NCBI RefSeq assembly: GCF_036365525.1 | Contig: NC_090381.1 | Location: forward strand, 115,940,644-116,004,643 | Direction of reading: 5' to 3' | DNA: 64,000 bases | Origin: Heterodontus francisci | Lineage: Eukaryota | In this document: positions 1 through 11,284 of the stretch, piece by piece | Layout: the number at the start of each line of letters is the position of its first letter | How positions within the stretch are numbered: position 1 is the first letter of the stretch | The notes under the pieces: model-generated | Seen by the model: the letters and a program-made list of their open reading frames with translations, nothing else | Databases searched by the model: none | Told to the model about the DNA's origin: nothing | Made by a program: the position numbers and the translations under genes

Positions 1-163
1 GCCGCCACAGCTCCCGTGATACAAGCTCCAAACAGTGAAATTGTCATGAGCGTGACTCCCATGCTGTCTTGAAAGGAGAGAAACTCAATTTCTTTAAGAA
101 TGCATTGATTTCTTGGATCATTGGGCCAGTAATCTGTAGGGCATTTAATGCATTCTATCGAAT
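1..163 (-). CDS. V2R copy A exon 6 (partial, 7TM start)
   Basis: cag|AT TCG ATA GAA TGC; matches 20761..20923. Confidence 0.9.
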
Positions 164-3100
164 CTGTACAGAAAGAAAGGTACAAATAATAGTTCAAGTG
201 CCCATTTTTACATTTTTTTTAAATTGACGAAAGCTGCTGACATGGTAAGTCCAAAATATCACGTGCTGTTAAATATTCCCTCGTACGTGTTTACTGCTGA
301 ATTATTGGCGAAAGTGCTCATTCTTGCCTACCTGTTTGGTTACTGATCTCCCCATCAGCGCATGGGAAACAATCAAAGCAGCAAACAGGCTGGCCCTTAC
401 GGACGGCTCTTCTTGTACCTGCAAAACAACTATCACTACACGTTGAGACAGGAACCTGTGGAGACAAAGGGCTAGATTGTAACCTCCTCAGAACCCATCC
501 ACTTGTCTAGAGTAAAAGCCCGGCCCTCTCAGGAAGTCTTATTAAAATTTATCGTGTAGTGAAATCGTAACTCGTTGATTCATTGATCAATGTACCTTTG
601 CTATTTGAGAACATTTCGTCACTTCTTTCTACTTGTGTAACTTGATTGCATTTCAATATAAGTCGGTTTGCCAAATGTAACTAAGACGCAAACTATTTGA
701 CCTCTGATATTTTGCACATCAACAGCATATTGCTAACTAGGAACCCAGATTTTAAAACACCTTCATCGCGATCAATGGAAGTTCAGCATAAATGAGTTGC
801 GGAACATACACTTAACAGGAGAACAGGACTTGTGTGTAACCCGTCCAATAAAACATACAACGGAGACACACAGTATTTCGGGGGCTAACGTCATTCATTG
901 TCAGTTATTCCATAACAATCAACGGGAATAAGAAAATGAAATGCATAGTGTCAAAGTTGTTACTAAATTGTCACCATACATATTGCAGAGCAAGTGATTA
1001 ATCGAATTCTTTGGCTAAATTCTCAATGTTCATCAAGTTAATGTTAATTACCAAAAATAGGAAAGCGGAAGATAAGGAAAGGCCATTGAAGCTCAATCAT
1101 CTAGCGCATTAACTCTCCTACTGTGGAATCGATGTGTAATTTTGAATGTGCAGGCTTGGAGGGCCGAATGGCCTGTTGCTGTGCTGTACTGTTCTTTGTT
1201 CTTTGTTCTTGATCCTGATGATTTGGCCTCTCCTATATTGCCTTGTCAATTAAACCAAATATTCCTTATTTTTGGTTAAATAAGTCTTCCTGTTTCAGAT
1301 TTGCATTTCAGTAAATTCCATTAATCCCCTCCGACCCTACTTTCCTGGTGCACTTTGACCTAAACATTGTAGTTTACCTTCCCGTGCTATTCATTTTTGT
1401 TATGTCTTCACCAGCCCCTTACTTTCGATAAACATAACAAATGATAGATGAATATAAATTGGATAGCTATCTGCAATTATTGTAATTGTTAAACCAGATT
1501 CCACTTGGATATTGATCATTCATATATTTCGAGAATTTGTTCTTAAGATGTGAATGAACTGGTAAGACATCCTTGTTTACGTCAGAACATTAAAAGCCAA
1601 CCTGACAGCATGGGAATGGAGTTATGTGTCGGTCTCAAGAGAGTAAGCAAGGAGATTCCCCTCCCTGAAAGTGATGAATGGTCCTGTTTGAATTTTTACA
1701 ACAATCCAGCAACTGTTCTCCTGCTGCCATCCCACCAATTGAATTCAGTTTCATAACTTGTCATGGAGAAGGATTTGAACACATCACCACTGGGTTAGTG
1801 GTCCAAAGCCAAAACGACTGCACTGTCGTGCCCTCTTTTTGATGTGAAATGAAATGGCAGGTTTACACATAGGGGTAATATTGTTTATTTGAATATCCAT
1901 CAAATCAATGAAACCCTGATGATAATCAAAACGTGAAATGGTCAAAACAGTATAGAATAGACATTAAAACAGAGATAAAAACAAGAAATGCTGGAACCAC
2001 TCAGCAGGTCTGGCAGCATCTGTGGAAAGAGAAGTAGAGTTAACGTTTCGGGTCAGTGCCCCTTCATCGGAACTGACAAATATTAGAAAAGTCACAGGTT
2101 ATAAGCAAGTGAGGTGGGGGTGGGGCAAGAGATAACAAAGGAGATCTAGATTGGACCAGGCCACATAGCTGACCAAAAGGTCACGGAGCAAAGGCAAACA
2201 ATATGTTAATGGTGTGTTGAAAGACAAACCATTAGTACAGATTAGCTGTTAATACACTGAATATTCAACAGCAGCAAGTGCAAACCTGAGAAAAAAACAG
2301 TGGGTAAGCAAACTGAACAAACTAAGATGAATGAACTAAATGCAAAAAAAAAGTTGTAAAAAATGTAAAATAAGAATGTAAAAAAAAAAGGAAGAAAAAA
2401 ATAAACTAAAAATGAAACTAAAATGGGGGCTGTCATGCTCTGAAATTATTGAACTCAATGTTCAGTCCGGCAGGCTGTAGTGTGCCTAATCGGTAGATGA
2501 GATGCTGTTCCTCGAGCTTGCGTTGATGTTCACTGGAACATAAAGGAACATCTACCGATTAGGCACACTGGTCAATTAGGTCAATCATCTGAGCTCCAGG
2601 ACATCAGGGCAGGAGTTCCTCAGGGTAGTGTCCTAGGCCCAACCATCTTCAGCTGCTTCATCAATGACCTTCCTTCAATCATAATGTCAGAAGTTGGGAT
2701 GTTCGCTGATGATTTCACAATGTTCAGCACCATTCGCGACTCCTCAAATACTGAAGCAGTCCGTGTAGAAATGCAGCAAGATCTGGACAATATCCAGGCT
2801 TGGACTGATAAGTGACAAGTAACATTTGCGCCACACAAGTGCCAGCCAATGACCATGTCCAACAAGAGAGAATCTAACTATCTCCCCTTGACATTCAACG
2901 GCATTACCATCGCTGAATCACCCAATATCCGACATCCCAGGGGCTACCGTTGACCAGAAACTGAACTGGAGTAGCCATATAAATACCATGGCTACAAGAG
3001 CAGGTCAGAGGCTTGCGCCGAGTAACTCACCTCCTGACTCCCCAAAGCCTGTCCACCATCTACAAGGCACAAGTCAGAAGTGTGATGGTATACTCTCCAC

Positions 3101-6100
3101 TTGCCTGGATGGGTGCAGCTCCAACAACACTCGAGAAGCTCGACACCATCCAGAACAAAGCAGCCCACTTGATTGGCACACCATGCACGACCATTCACTC
3201 CCTCCACCACTGATGCACAGTGGCAGCAGTGTGTACCATCTGCAAGATACACTGCAGCAATGTATCAAGGCTCCTGAGACAGCACCTTCCAAACCCGCGA
3301 CCTCTACCACCTCGAAGGACAAGAGCAGCAGATGCATTGGACAATCACCAACTGCAGGTTCCCGTCCAAGTCACACACCATCCTGACTTGGAACTATATC
3401 GCCATTCCTTCACTTGTCGCTGGGTCAAAATCCTGGAACTCCCTTCCTAAAAGCACTACCTCACATGGACTGCAGAGGTTCAAAAAGTCAACTCACCACC
3501 ACCTTCTCAAGGGCAATTGGGGATGGGCAATAAATGCTGGCCTAGCCAGTGATACCCACATCCCATGAATGAATAAAACAAATTGAACAGACGCTTGCAG
3601 ATGTTTTCCAGATTAGTTTTGAATTTATCAACCGCCCACCCCCCAACGACCATTCTCCCATCCCCCGTCACCCCCCCATCACCACCAACACCCACTGCCC
3701 AACCACCATCCTCCCCCCCACCCCCCCCCCCCCACCCCGCCCCCCACCTCGCTCTCTTCTTGCGAAGGCCATGTCCTCTCGTTCTACTACTGAAATTCCT
3801 CTGCAAGTCCCAAACATCACATATTCAAAAGTATTCCCAAAAGCAGTTACTGAACAGCAGAATTGCTCGGGTCCCTGCCTGTAGGAATCTTATACAATGT
3901 CATCAATAGTAATTGTTCAAATAAACGCGGTTGCGGCATGATTTAAGACAGAGGCTTGAGTCACCCCTCCTGGTCTTTGGTATATTGGGCATGGCCTTAC
4001 TTTCTTTTCCAGCCCTGTTCCATGCCAAATTATTTCACTTTCATCCAACGCGAGTTCTTCTCCTGCCGGCAACGCTGCATCATAATAACCAACTTTAACA
4101 AACTCAACCGACCCATCAGGGCGCTTCTGCCAGTTTATCAGATCATAGGAAGCGATGGGATCTCCGTCCTGATCAAAACTTATTTCCTCTCCAAACTGGT
4201 TGGTGAAACGCACTTTCCTCAGGTACTGTAAAAGCTTCAGAAAAGGGAAAACAATTATATCTTTTGCCACTTTGTGTATATTTCATATTGTCTGCGACGC
4301 GATCATGCCTCACAAGCCTTATTGAATTCTTTGAAGATGTGACAAAACACATTGATGAAGGAAGAGCAGTGGATGTGGTGTATATGGAATTTAGCAAGGC
4401 GTTTGATAAGGTTCCCCATGGTAGGCTCATTCAGAAAGTAAGGAGGCATGGGATTCAGGGAAAGTTGGCTGGCTGGATACAAAATTGGCTGGCCCATCGA
4501 AGTCAGAGGGTGGTAGTAGATGGAAAGTATTCAGCCTGGAGCTCGGTGACCAGTGGTGTTCCACAAGGATCTGTTCTGGGACCTCTGCTCTTTGTGATTT
4601 TTATAAATGACTTAGATGAGGAAGTGGAAGGCTGGGTTAGCAAGTTTGCCGATGACACAAAGGTTGCTGGAGTTGTGGATAGTGTGGAAGGCTGTTGTAG
4701 GTTGCAACGGGACATTGACAGGATGCAGAACTGGGCTGAGAAGTGGCAGATGGAGTTCAACCTGGAAAAGTGTGAAGTGATTCATTTTGCAAGGTCGAAT
4801 GTGAATGGAGAATACAGGCTTAAAGACAGGATTCTTGGCAGTGTGGAGGAACAGAGGGATCTTGGGGTCCATGTCCATAGATCGCTCAAAGTTGCCACAA
4901 AAGTTGATAGGGTTGTTAGGAAGGCGTATGGTGTGTTGGCTTTCATTAACAGGGGGATTGAGTTTAAGAGCCACGAGGTTATGCTGCAGCTCTATAAGGC
5001 CCTGGTTCGACCACACTTGGAATATTGTGTTCAGTTCTGGTCGCCTCATTATAGGAAGGATGTGGAAGCTTTAGAGAGGGTGCAGAGGAGATTTACCAGG
5101 ATGCTGCCTGGACTGGAGGGCATGTCTTACGAAGAAAGATTGAGGGAGCTAGGGCTTTTTCATTGGAGCGAAGAAGGATGAGAGGTGACTTGATAGAGGG
5201 GTACAAGATGATGAGAGGCATAGATAGAGTGGATAGCCAGAGACTTTTTCCCAGGGTGGAAAGGACTATCACCAGGGGGCATAATTTTAAGGTGATTGGA
5301 GGAAGGTTTCGGGGAGATGTCAGAGGTAGGTTCTGTACACAGAAAGTGGTGGGTGCGTGGAATGCGCTGCCAGCGGTGGTAGTAGAAGCAGATACATTAG
5401 GGGCATTTAAGCGACTCTTGGATAGGTACATGGATGATAGTAGAATGAAGGGTTGGTAGTTAGTTTGATCTTAGAGTAGGTTAATAGGTTCGGCACAACA
5501 TCGTGGGCCGAAGGGCCTGTACTGTGCTGTACTGTTCTATGTTCTAGGTTCTATGTACCTATACTAAGACATTGGAACCGGACCTCTGCAATATTATGTG
5601 TACTCTTGCCGGCGAGTCGAGAGAAAAACAAATTATTTTGTTTATGGGATAACTAGTAGCTTGAGACATTTCCTCACCTGCTGGGGTTGAATGTTTGACT
5701 TTTGACCACATGTTTTGTTGCTAAATGGACCTTTCCCATTTTCACACGATTGTAAATTATGAAGGGCGTGTGCTCCAGCGTATACAGCTTTGTACACGTT
5801 GTAGGAAACTCTTAACTGGGACACCTCGGTATATGTAGACTCAATGGTCTCCAGGCTCTCTAAACCTGTGCATGGCCTATAAGGAAACGCTGATATGTTT
5901 TCTCCTGGTATCTGATTTGAGATTTTTACGCTACAGCCGAAGACCTCCCGCCAGAGTTCTTCCACAAACGGATCGTCTGCTGCTGTGGAAGGGTGGAGTT
6001 TGACTAGAAACTCTCTCAGTCCTGGAATTTCCGCTCTCCTGATTCCAAACCCGATTGTGCCTGACAATATTTCCAGAGTTTCCACTGACCACATTTGGAA

Positions 6101-9100
6101 TGATGTGACCCAGGCTTCACTCGCGATCAGCTGGATGTCAGTAATGTTCTGCATTCTGAATTCTGTTATCAAAGACATCGTGTCACTCTCTCCACAGAAT
6201 ATTATGATCACTTTTGCAGAGGATTTTTTAATGGCCTTTGCAATCTGTCGCATTCTTTCTCTTGTACGACCAGGTGAAAGGAATTCAATGCAGGCGATGC
6301 AAATTTCAAACTTCGCAACTTCTTCAATTAAAGACCTCATCCCGAATCGGCCATAATCGTTGTCTTCAGCCACAGCGCCGATCCAAGTCCATTCAAAGTA
6401 GCGGATAAGCCGGACTAAAGCTTTCATCTGAACTGTATCAGTGGGAATTGTCCTGAAAAACGTTGGGAACTCACGCTTATCGCTGAGGCATGCGCATGAA
6501 GAGAAATAGCTGACCTATGGGGAAAGGAGAATAAACTGAGACATTTAGAATCATGGAATGATCGTATCATGCAAAACAAAAAACACAATATGCCCATTGT
6601 ATCTGTGTTGGCTCTTTAGCCAATTGGTCTCACAGCTTTTTCCCCATAGCCCAGTATTTATTTCCCCTTTTCAACTATTTATCCAATACCCTTTTGAAAG
6701 TTACTACTGAATCTGCTTCCACCGCTATTTTAGGCAGCACATTCCAATTTATAACAAATCAAGATCAAGCTTTCTCTTCATCTCCCATCTGCTTCTTTTA
6801 ACAATTACCTTGCATCTTTGCGCTCTGCTTTTCCAGCCCCACTGCTCATGGAAACAGTTCAAAGTAACAGTACACACCTACTTTAACTCGCCCTTGTAAG
6901 CGTTTGCTGCATATGAATTGACATATCTTACCATACCAATGCCGAAAGGGGCCACGACTCTCGACACGACGATAGATTGCGATGATCCACCATCTCCCAC
7001 AATCATGGACACTGATGGAACTCCTGCACACGTGTAATTTGAAACGCTTCCGTCTTTCTCCTTCAGTAATTTGAAAGCTCCTTTCAGCCCTTCAGAAGGC
7101 GCGTCACAGCTGTCGAAAATCTTATAACCCAGAGTTATGTTAGGAAGCAATTCTGGGTTCCTGTTTATTTCTTCTATTGCAAACACCATGGTTTGGGCCC
7201 AACGCAGCCCACGTTGGCTGAACCTGTCACACACATGCCATTAATCTTATTTCCAGACAGTGTCATTCCTTCCATTCTTTGCAACATTCAGAAAAACTTG
7301 AAAAATTTACTTTTTCATTAGAACAATGAAAATTACAGGACAATATAATAGAAGTTTTTAAAATGAAAGGAAATGGAACGGGGTAGACAGCAGCAGTTTC
7401 CAGTCGTTGGGGCGTCTCGAATGATGGCCCACAGATGCAAGATTTAAAATAAGAAATTTAGAACAAAGGGAAGAAATTTCGTCAAACGGAGTGTTGTGAA
7501 GCTATGGCTTTCACTTCCAGAATTAGGTAGATAAAAGAAAAAGAGATATGGGAAGCGGAAGGCTAAATGTCATTAGAATTATTTGCTGCATTGGAGGCTA
7601 AATGTCGGCATGGATTGGTTCACTCCGCGCGTTACTCACTTGTTATAACTGGCGTTTTAACTGCCAAGAGAGGGCTGTGCATATCACCGAAAAAGACTTC
7701 TCAGGGCATCTGCGAGGAAGAAGGTGTCACACCGCTTTCGATTTGCTTATGGTACCGTTGACATACACCATCGTACTTGGCCTCAGCACCAAACCGCAGT
7801 TCATTCTAACGATTTTTGGAAGAAAGTTCATCGACCTGAAACGATAACTCTGTTCCTCTCTCCGTAGATGCTACCTGACCTGCTGGCTGTTTCCAACAGG
7901 TTTTTTTTGTTGTTGTTTTTATTGCAGTCGGTTAGGAGAAGTTCTTTCATAAGGTCACAATTTCGGGAAAGATTCCAATACCATTTCTGCAAATAGGCGT
8001 TTGTATTGTTGGAAACAGGCGCAAAGTAACTGGATTATTGTTCATCATGGTACTGTACCTATATCTTTTGCTGAAATAGGAAATTGTCTGGACAAATGAG
8101 ATGCTTTTCTCGGTGTGTAAAATTTATACTTTGACATTTTTTCTCCACTATTTTCGATAATATTACACTGACCTCTGCTGGGTTTATACATTGAGGCCAT
8201 TTGGTAGCAGTCCATCACAAAACTTCACCTGCTTGTTTGCAACAATACAAACTCCTTTTTGCAGAAATTACGTGAGATTTTCTTCCTGAAATTGTGACTT
8301 TTTAGATCATCTCCTAACCGAACTATAATAGACTGTAATAAAAATAAAACCTGCTGGAAATCCATTCCTGGAGTCTTCTCATTTTACCATCTCGCAGACT
8401 GATGAATGACTGCACTGTCTTGACCCCAACTACCCATTGGGGTAATCAAGCTGGTGAATACCCTTGTATAACGAAATGTTTTCTGGAGTCTACTCCAACC
8501 TTACATTTCGAAACCATCAATCTCTGTCTTCCCGTCCTGCTGCCGTTGCAGCCGGCGTTTCGCGGTATTAAACCTATTCGACTGATCTCCAGACCTGTTT
8601 TCTGTTATTGCACAAACAATCACAGGATCTTGCACAAAATCAAGCTATTCGGCCCATCATGACTGTGTGAGCCCTTTCAAATACCTATCCAAATAATCCC
8701 ACCCCACCATAGCCCTGCAAATGTCCACTGTTCAAATATCTGGATCCAATTCACTCTAGAAAGTTATTGTTGAATCTGTTTCCCGCAGCAGATTGCAGAT
8801 CAAAAAAACACGCTGCGGAAAACAATTCGCCTCATCTCCCCGGTCCTTTTGCCAATTATGTTAAAGTTGTGCACTCTGCTTACCGAACCACCCTCCGATG
8901 GAAACAGTTTAAAATAATTGCATCAGGTACCCTCTACCTCGTCTAAGTATGTGTTTATCGCAATCAATTGACACATTTTACCATACCAATGCAAAAAGGG
9001 GCCACCACTCTGGAGGCTGAGATAGATTGCGAGGATCCACTATCTCCCACATATCATGCATATCTATTTCCATTTAATTTATCAACAGCCCTCATGATGT

Positions 9101-9609
9101 TACGTACCTCTCTCAAATCTCGCCTTCGCCTTCTCTGCCCTCGGGCGACCACCCTAATTACTTTGGTGTCATGGCATTACCCACTCAATAAATAAATGAG
9201 TCAAGAAAGGAAGCCGAAGGAGGGAACAAAGAGGGAGAGAGCAAGAAAGCACAGAAGAAAATAAACGAAAAGACAACAACCAACCAAAGAATAAAGAAGA
9301 ACTTGTGATATTGACAATAAATGATGTTTAGGATAGGCTCCATCCCAGACCCGAGTATTTTCAAATAGAAATATCAATGATGATTGTCACTCACTCCACA
9401 AAGCGCACCGGTTGCGGTTTTGATCGGAATGAGTTATAATCCGGCGCTGCTCTTAAATGCATTGGGAATAAACCACCCAGGATAACGTCCCCATCCTGAA
9501 ATATTCCAGGGTTGAATTTTTCCCGAAGTTTGCATGTCGGATCGACTGCGGATGCCAGCATCTGGATTGGGATCAGTAACAAAACGTTCCAAGTGGAACC
9601 AAGTGGCAT
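1..9609 (-). CDS. V2R/OlfC-family class C GPCR, copy A (6 exons; exon 6 runs off the window start)
   Basis: join(complement) 9395..9609, 6932..7223, 5678..6514, 4001..4234, 332..455, <1..163. All introns are GT-AG with compatible phases (2,0,0,0,1). Signal peptide, [55 protein letters not shown], Cys-rich CCFDC domain. Confidence 0.93.
332..455 (-). CDS. V2R copy A exon 5 (Cys-rich domain)
   Basis: cag|GTT CCT ([10 protein letters not shown]...[17 protein letters not shown]) G|gtaggc; 124 nt; not in the ORF track. Confidence 0.93.
1975..2540 (-). mobile_element. Penelope-like element 3' fragment / pLTR (copy C equivalent about 44742..45307)
   Basis: Encodes the GIY-YIG-type C-terminus [35 protein letters not shown], followed by a T-rich UTR and a hammerhead-like motif. 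Confidence 0.8.
2579..3577 (+). mobile_element. CR1/L2-group LINE RT fragment in intron 4 (copy C 45346..46344)
   Basis: [32 protein letters not shown]; stops and frameshifts; tail ends atgaatgaataaaa. Confidence 0.88.
3632..3748 (-). repeat. C-rich tract (G-rich on the transcript), G-quadruplex prone; length differs between copies
   Basis: Many C runs of 3-14 nt; equivalents near 25526..25637 and 46400..46520. Confidence 0.7.
4001..4234 (-). CDS. V2R copy A exon 4
   Basis: aag|CTT TTA CAG TAC (LLQYL) ... AAG AAA|gtaagg; 234 nt. Confidence 0.88.
4303..5556 (+). mobile_element. Young 5'-truncated CR1 LINE in intron 3, antisense to the gene
   Basis: [44 protein letters not shown]; (GTTCTAT)-type tail; frameshift near 5160. 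Confidence 0.95.
5678..6514 (-). CDS. V2R copy A exon 3
   Basis: tag|GTC AGC TAT (VSYFSSC) ... CAG CAG|gtgagg; 837 nt. Confidence 0.93.
6932..7223 (-). CDS. V2R copy A exon 2
   Basis: cag|G TTC AGC ... GGT ATG|gtaaga; 292 nt. Confidence 0.92.
7810..7925 (+). mobile_element. Degenerate Penelope terminal fragment (similar one at about 10250..10310 plus 10652..10680)
   Basis: gacctgaaacgataactctgtt...agatgctacctgacctgctg resembles the pLTR end; ribozyme core decayed. Confidence 0.6.
7890..8360. repeat. Diverged inverted repeat in intron 1 (arms 7890..8020 and 8231..8360), present in all three copies
   Basis: For example ggtcacaatttcggga / tcctgaaattgtgac and tttgtattgttggaaaca / tgtttgcaacaatacaaa. 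Confidence 0.8.
8982..9051 (-). pseudogene. Orphan duplicate of the 3' part of V2R exon 2 inside intron 1 (also 30869..30938 and 51749..51818)
   Basis: Encodes [23 protein letters not shown]|gtaaaa versus the true [23 protein letters not shown]|gtaaga; followed by diverged intron-2-like sequence. Confidence 0.88.
9395..9609 (-). CDS. V2R copy A exon 1 (signal peptide, start of Venus flytrap)
   Basis: ATG at 9609; donor GTGAGT at 9394; 215 nt. Confidence 0.9.
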
Positions 9610-10310
9610 CAGGAAAACCGAAAGATTTTCTCAGGAGTCACTGGAAAGAATAGCTTGAATCTGCGCTTCAACGCTTTGGTGCAAGCGGCCCGCTGCAGGG
9701 CAGTATTAAACCCTCACAACCCAGTCCCAAGAGGTTCGTTCATTCTTTTTGTTATCAGAAAGGCTCAGATCCTGTTTTCCAACTCTCGGGGCGTTTGTGC
9801 ACCTGACAGTTTCGTTAGATTAAACGTGGATACCGCAGAACCATATTAGGAAGACATTCTATTCTCTGTGGAGTGAGGCGTTCAGTAGAGGAAAAGTCAG
9901 ATCGTTAGTGTCAATGCATCTATTCAGAAGTCTATCCGTGTCTATTCGCGGGGAACCCGTATTTGATGCTTAAGCTCATTTCACAAATACTGAGAGAGAG
10001 AGTGACAAGATGAAGATACTTTTAAAGGTTTCAATGGCATCTCTTGATGCCACTTAAAGCTAAATGATTCGTAGAGAGGTAAAAATATATCTGTAGCGGC
10101 CCTTCCATAAAGAGCACATCCAGATTATTTGCCTTGTATTTGAACTGATTTCTTTCCCATTCTGACTATGGTAACACTGTTGTTATTGCTGAGCAGCACT
10201 GAGGAGCTTGCTCAGGTCGCTCGCTATTTCTTGCAGATTATAAAACGCGGGTGAAAAGTCATTAACCTGAAACGTTAACACTGTTGTTCTCTCCACACCT
10301 GCTGCCAGGC

Positions 10311-10651
10311 CTTTAGTTTTATAGTTTAGAGATACAGCACTGAAACAGGCCCTTCGGCTCACCGAGTCTGTCCCGACCATCAACCTCCCATTTATACTAA
10401 TCCTACACTAATTCCATATTCCTACCACATCCCCACCTGTCCCTATATTTCCCTACCACCTAATTATACTAGGGGCAATTTATAATGGCCAATTTACCTA
10501 TCAACCTGCAAGTCTTTGGCATGTGGGAGAAAACCGGAGCGCCCGGAGGAAACCCACGCAGACACAGGGAGAACTTGCAAACTCCACACAGGCAGTACCT
10601 AGAATTGAACCAGGGTCGCTGGAGCTGTGAGGCTGCGGTGCTAACCACTGC
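10311..10651 (-). mobile_element. HE1-like V-SINE (also 32200..32540; absent in C)
   Basis: tRNA-like head with B box, V-domain ctgcctgtgtggagtttgcaagttctccctgtgtctgcgtgggtttcc, CR1-type tail. Empty site near 53085. Confidence 0.88.
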
Positions 10652-10983
10652 CTGAGTATTTCCAGTATTTTCTCTGTTAAGTATAATTTGAGAAGATCCC
10701 TTTGCCGTTTAAGCATATATAGGGACCAGACCAAATTATTGTGAACACACTTATAGCGACCACAGCAAATCACGCTGCAATCATAGAATCAAAGAATTAT
10801 TAGAGCACAGAAGGAGGCCATTCGGCCCGCCGTGTCTGCTCTGGCTCTCCGAAAGAGCAATTTACCTAATGCGGTGTTGAAATTATAACCAGCTATGCAA
10901 CGCATCAACAATACGAATAAAAGAACATTCTTGGGAGAGAAACATTTGATTAATGATTTCCAGGCGAAACGTTTCCAAATTTC

Positions 10984-11284
10984 CCAGGGTGGAAAGGGCT
11001 ATCACCAGGGGGCATAATTTTAAGGTGATTGGAGGAAGGTTTCGGGGAGATGTCAGAGGTAGGTTCTTTACACAGAGAGTGGTGGGTGCGTGGAATGCGC
11101 TGCCAGCGGTGGTAGTAGAAGCAGATGCATTAGGGGCATTTAAGCGACTCTTGGATAGGTACATGGATGATAGTAGAATGAAGGGTAGGTCGTTAGTTTG
11201 ATCTTAGAGTAGGTTATAGGTTCGGTACAACATCGTGGGCCGAAGGGCCTGTACTGTGCTGTACTGTTCTATGTTCTATGTTCT
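10984..11284 (+). mobile_element. CR1 3'-end fragment with AAATTTC target duplication (also 32873..33173; absent in C)
   Basis: Matches the 3' end of the intron-3 CR1. Empty site ccaaatttctctcgg near 53415. Confidence 0.92.

Noticed and set aside
3583-3909. Proline-rich or glycine-rich proteins
   Set aside because: Translations of the C/G-rich intronic tract; the frames are not preserved among copies.
4264-5181. 305-aa RT ORF as a host gene or a retron-like system
   Set aside because: It is a 5'-truncated CR1 with a typical tail, no endonuclease, and is disabled differently in each copy.
8982-9063. Orphan exon-2 copy as a productive alternative exon
   Set aside because: The nearest AG (9064..9065) has no pyrimidine tract and gives an immediate in-frame TGA.
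9700-9715. TATA box for the V2R gene
   Set aside because: Only a weak TTTAATA about 100 nt upstream of the ATG; unsupported without TSS data.
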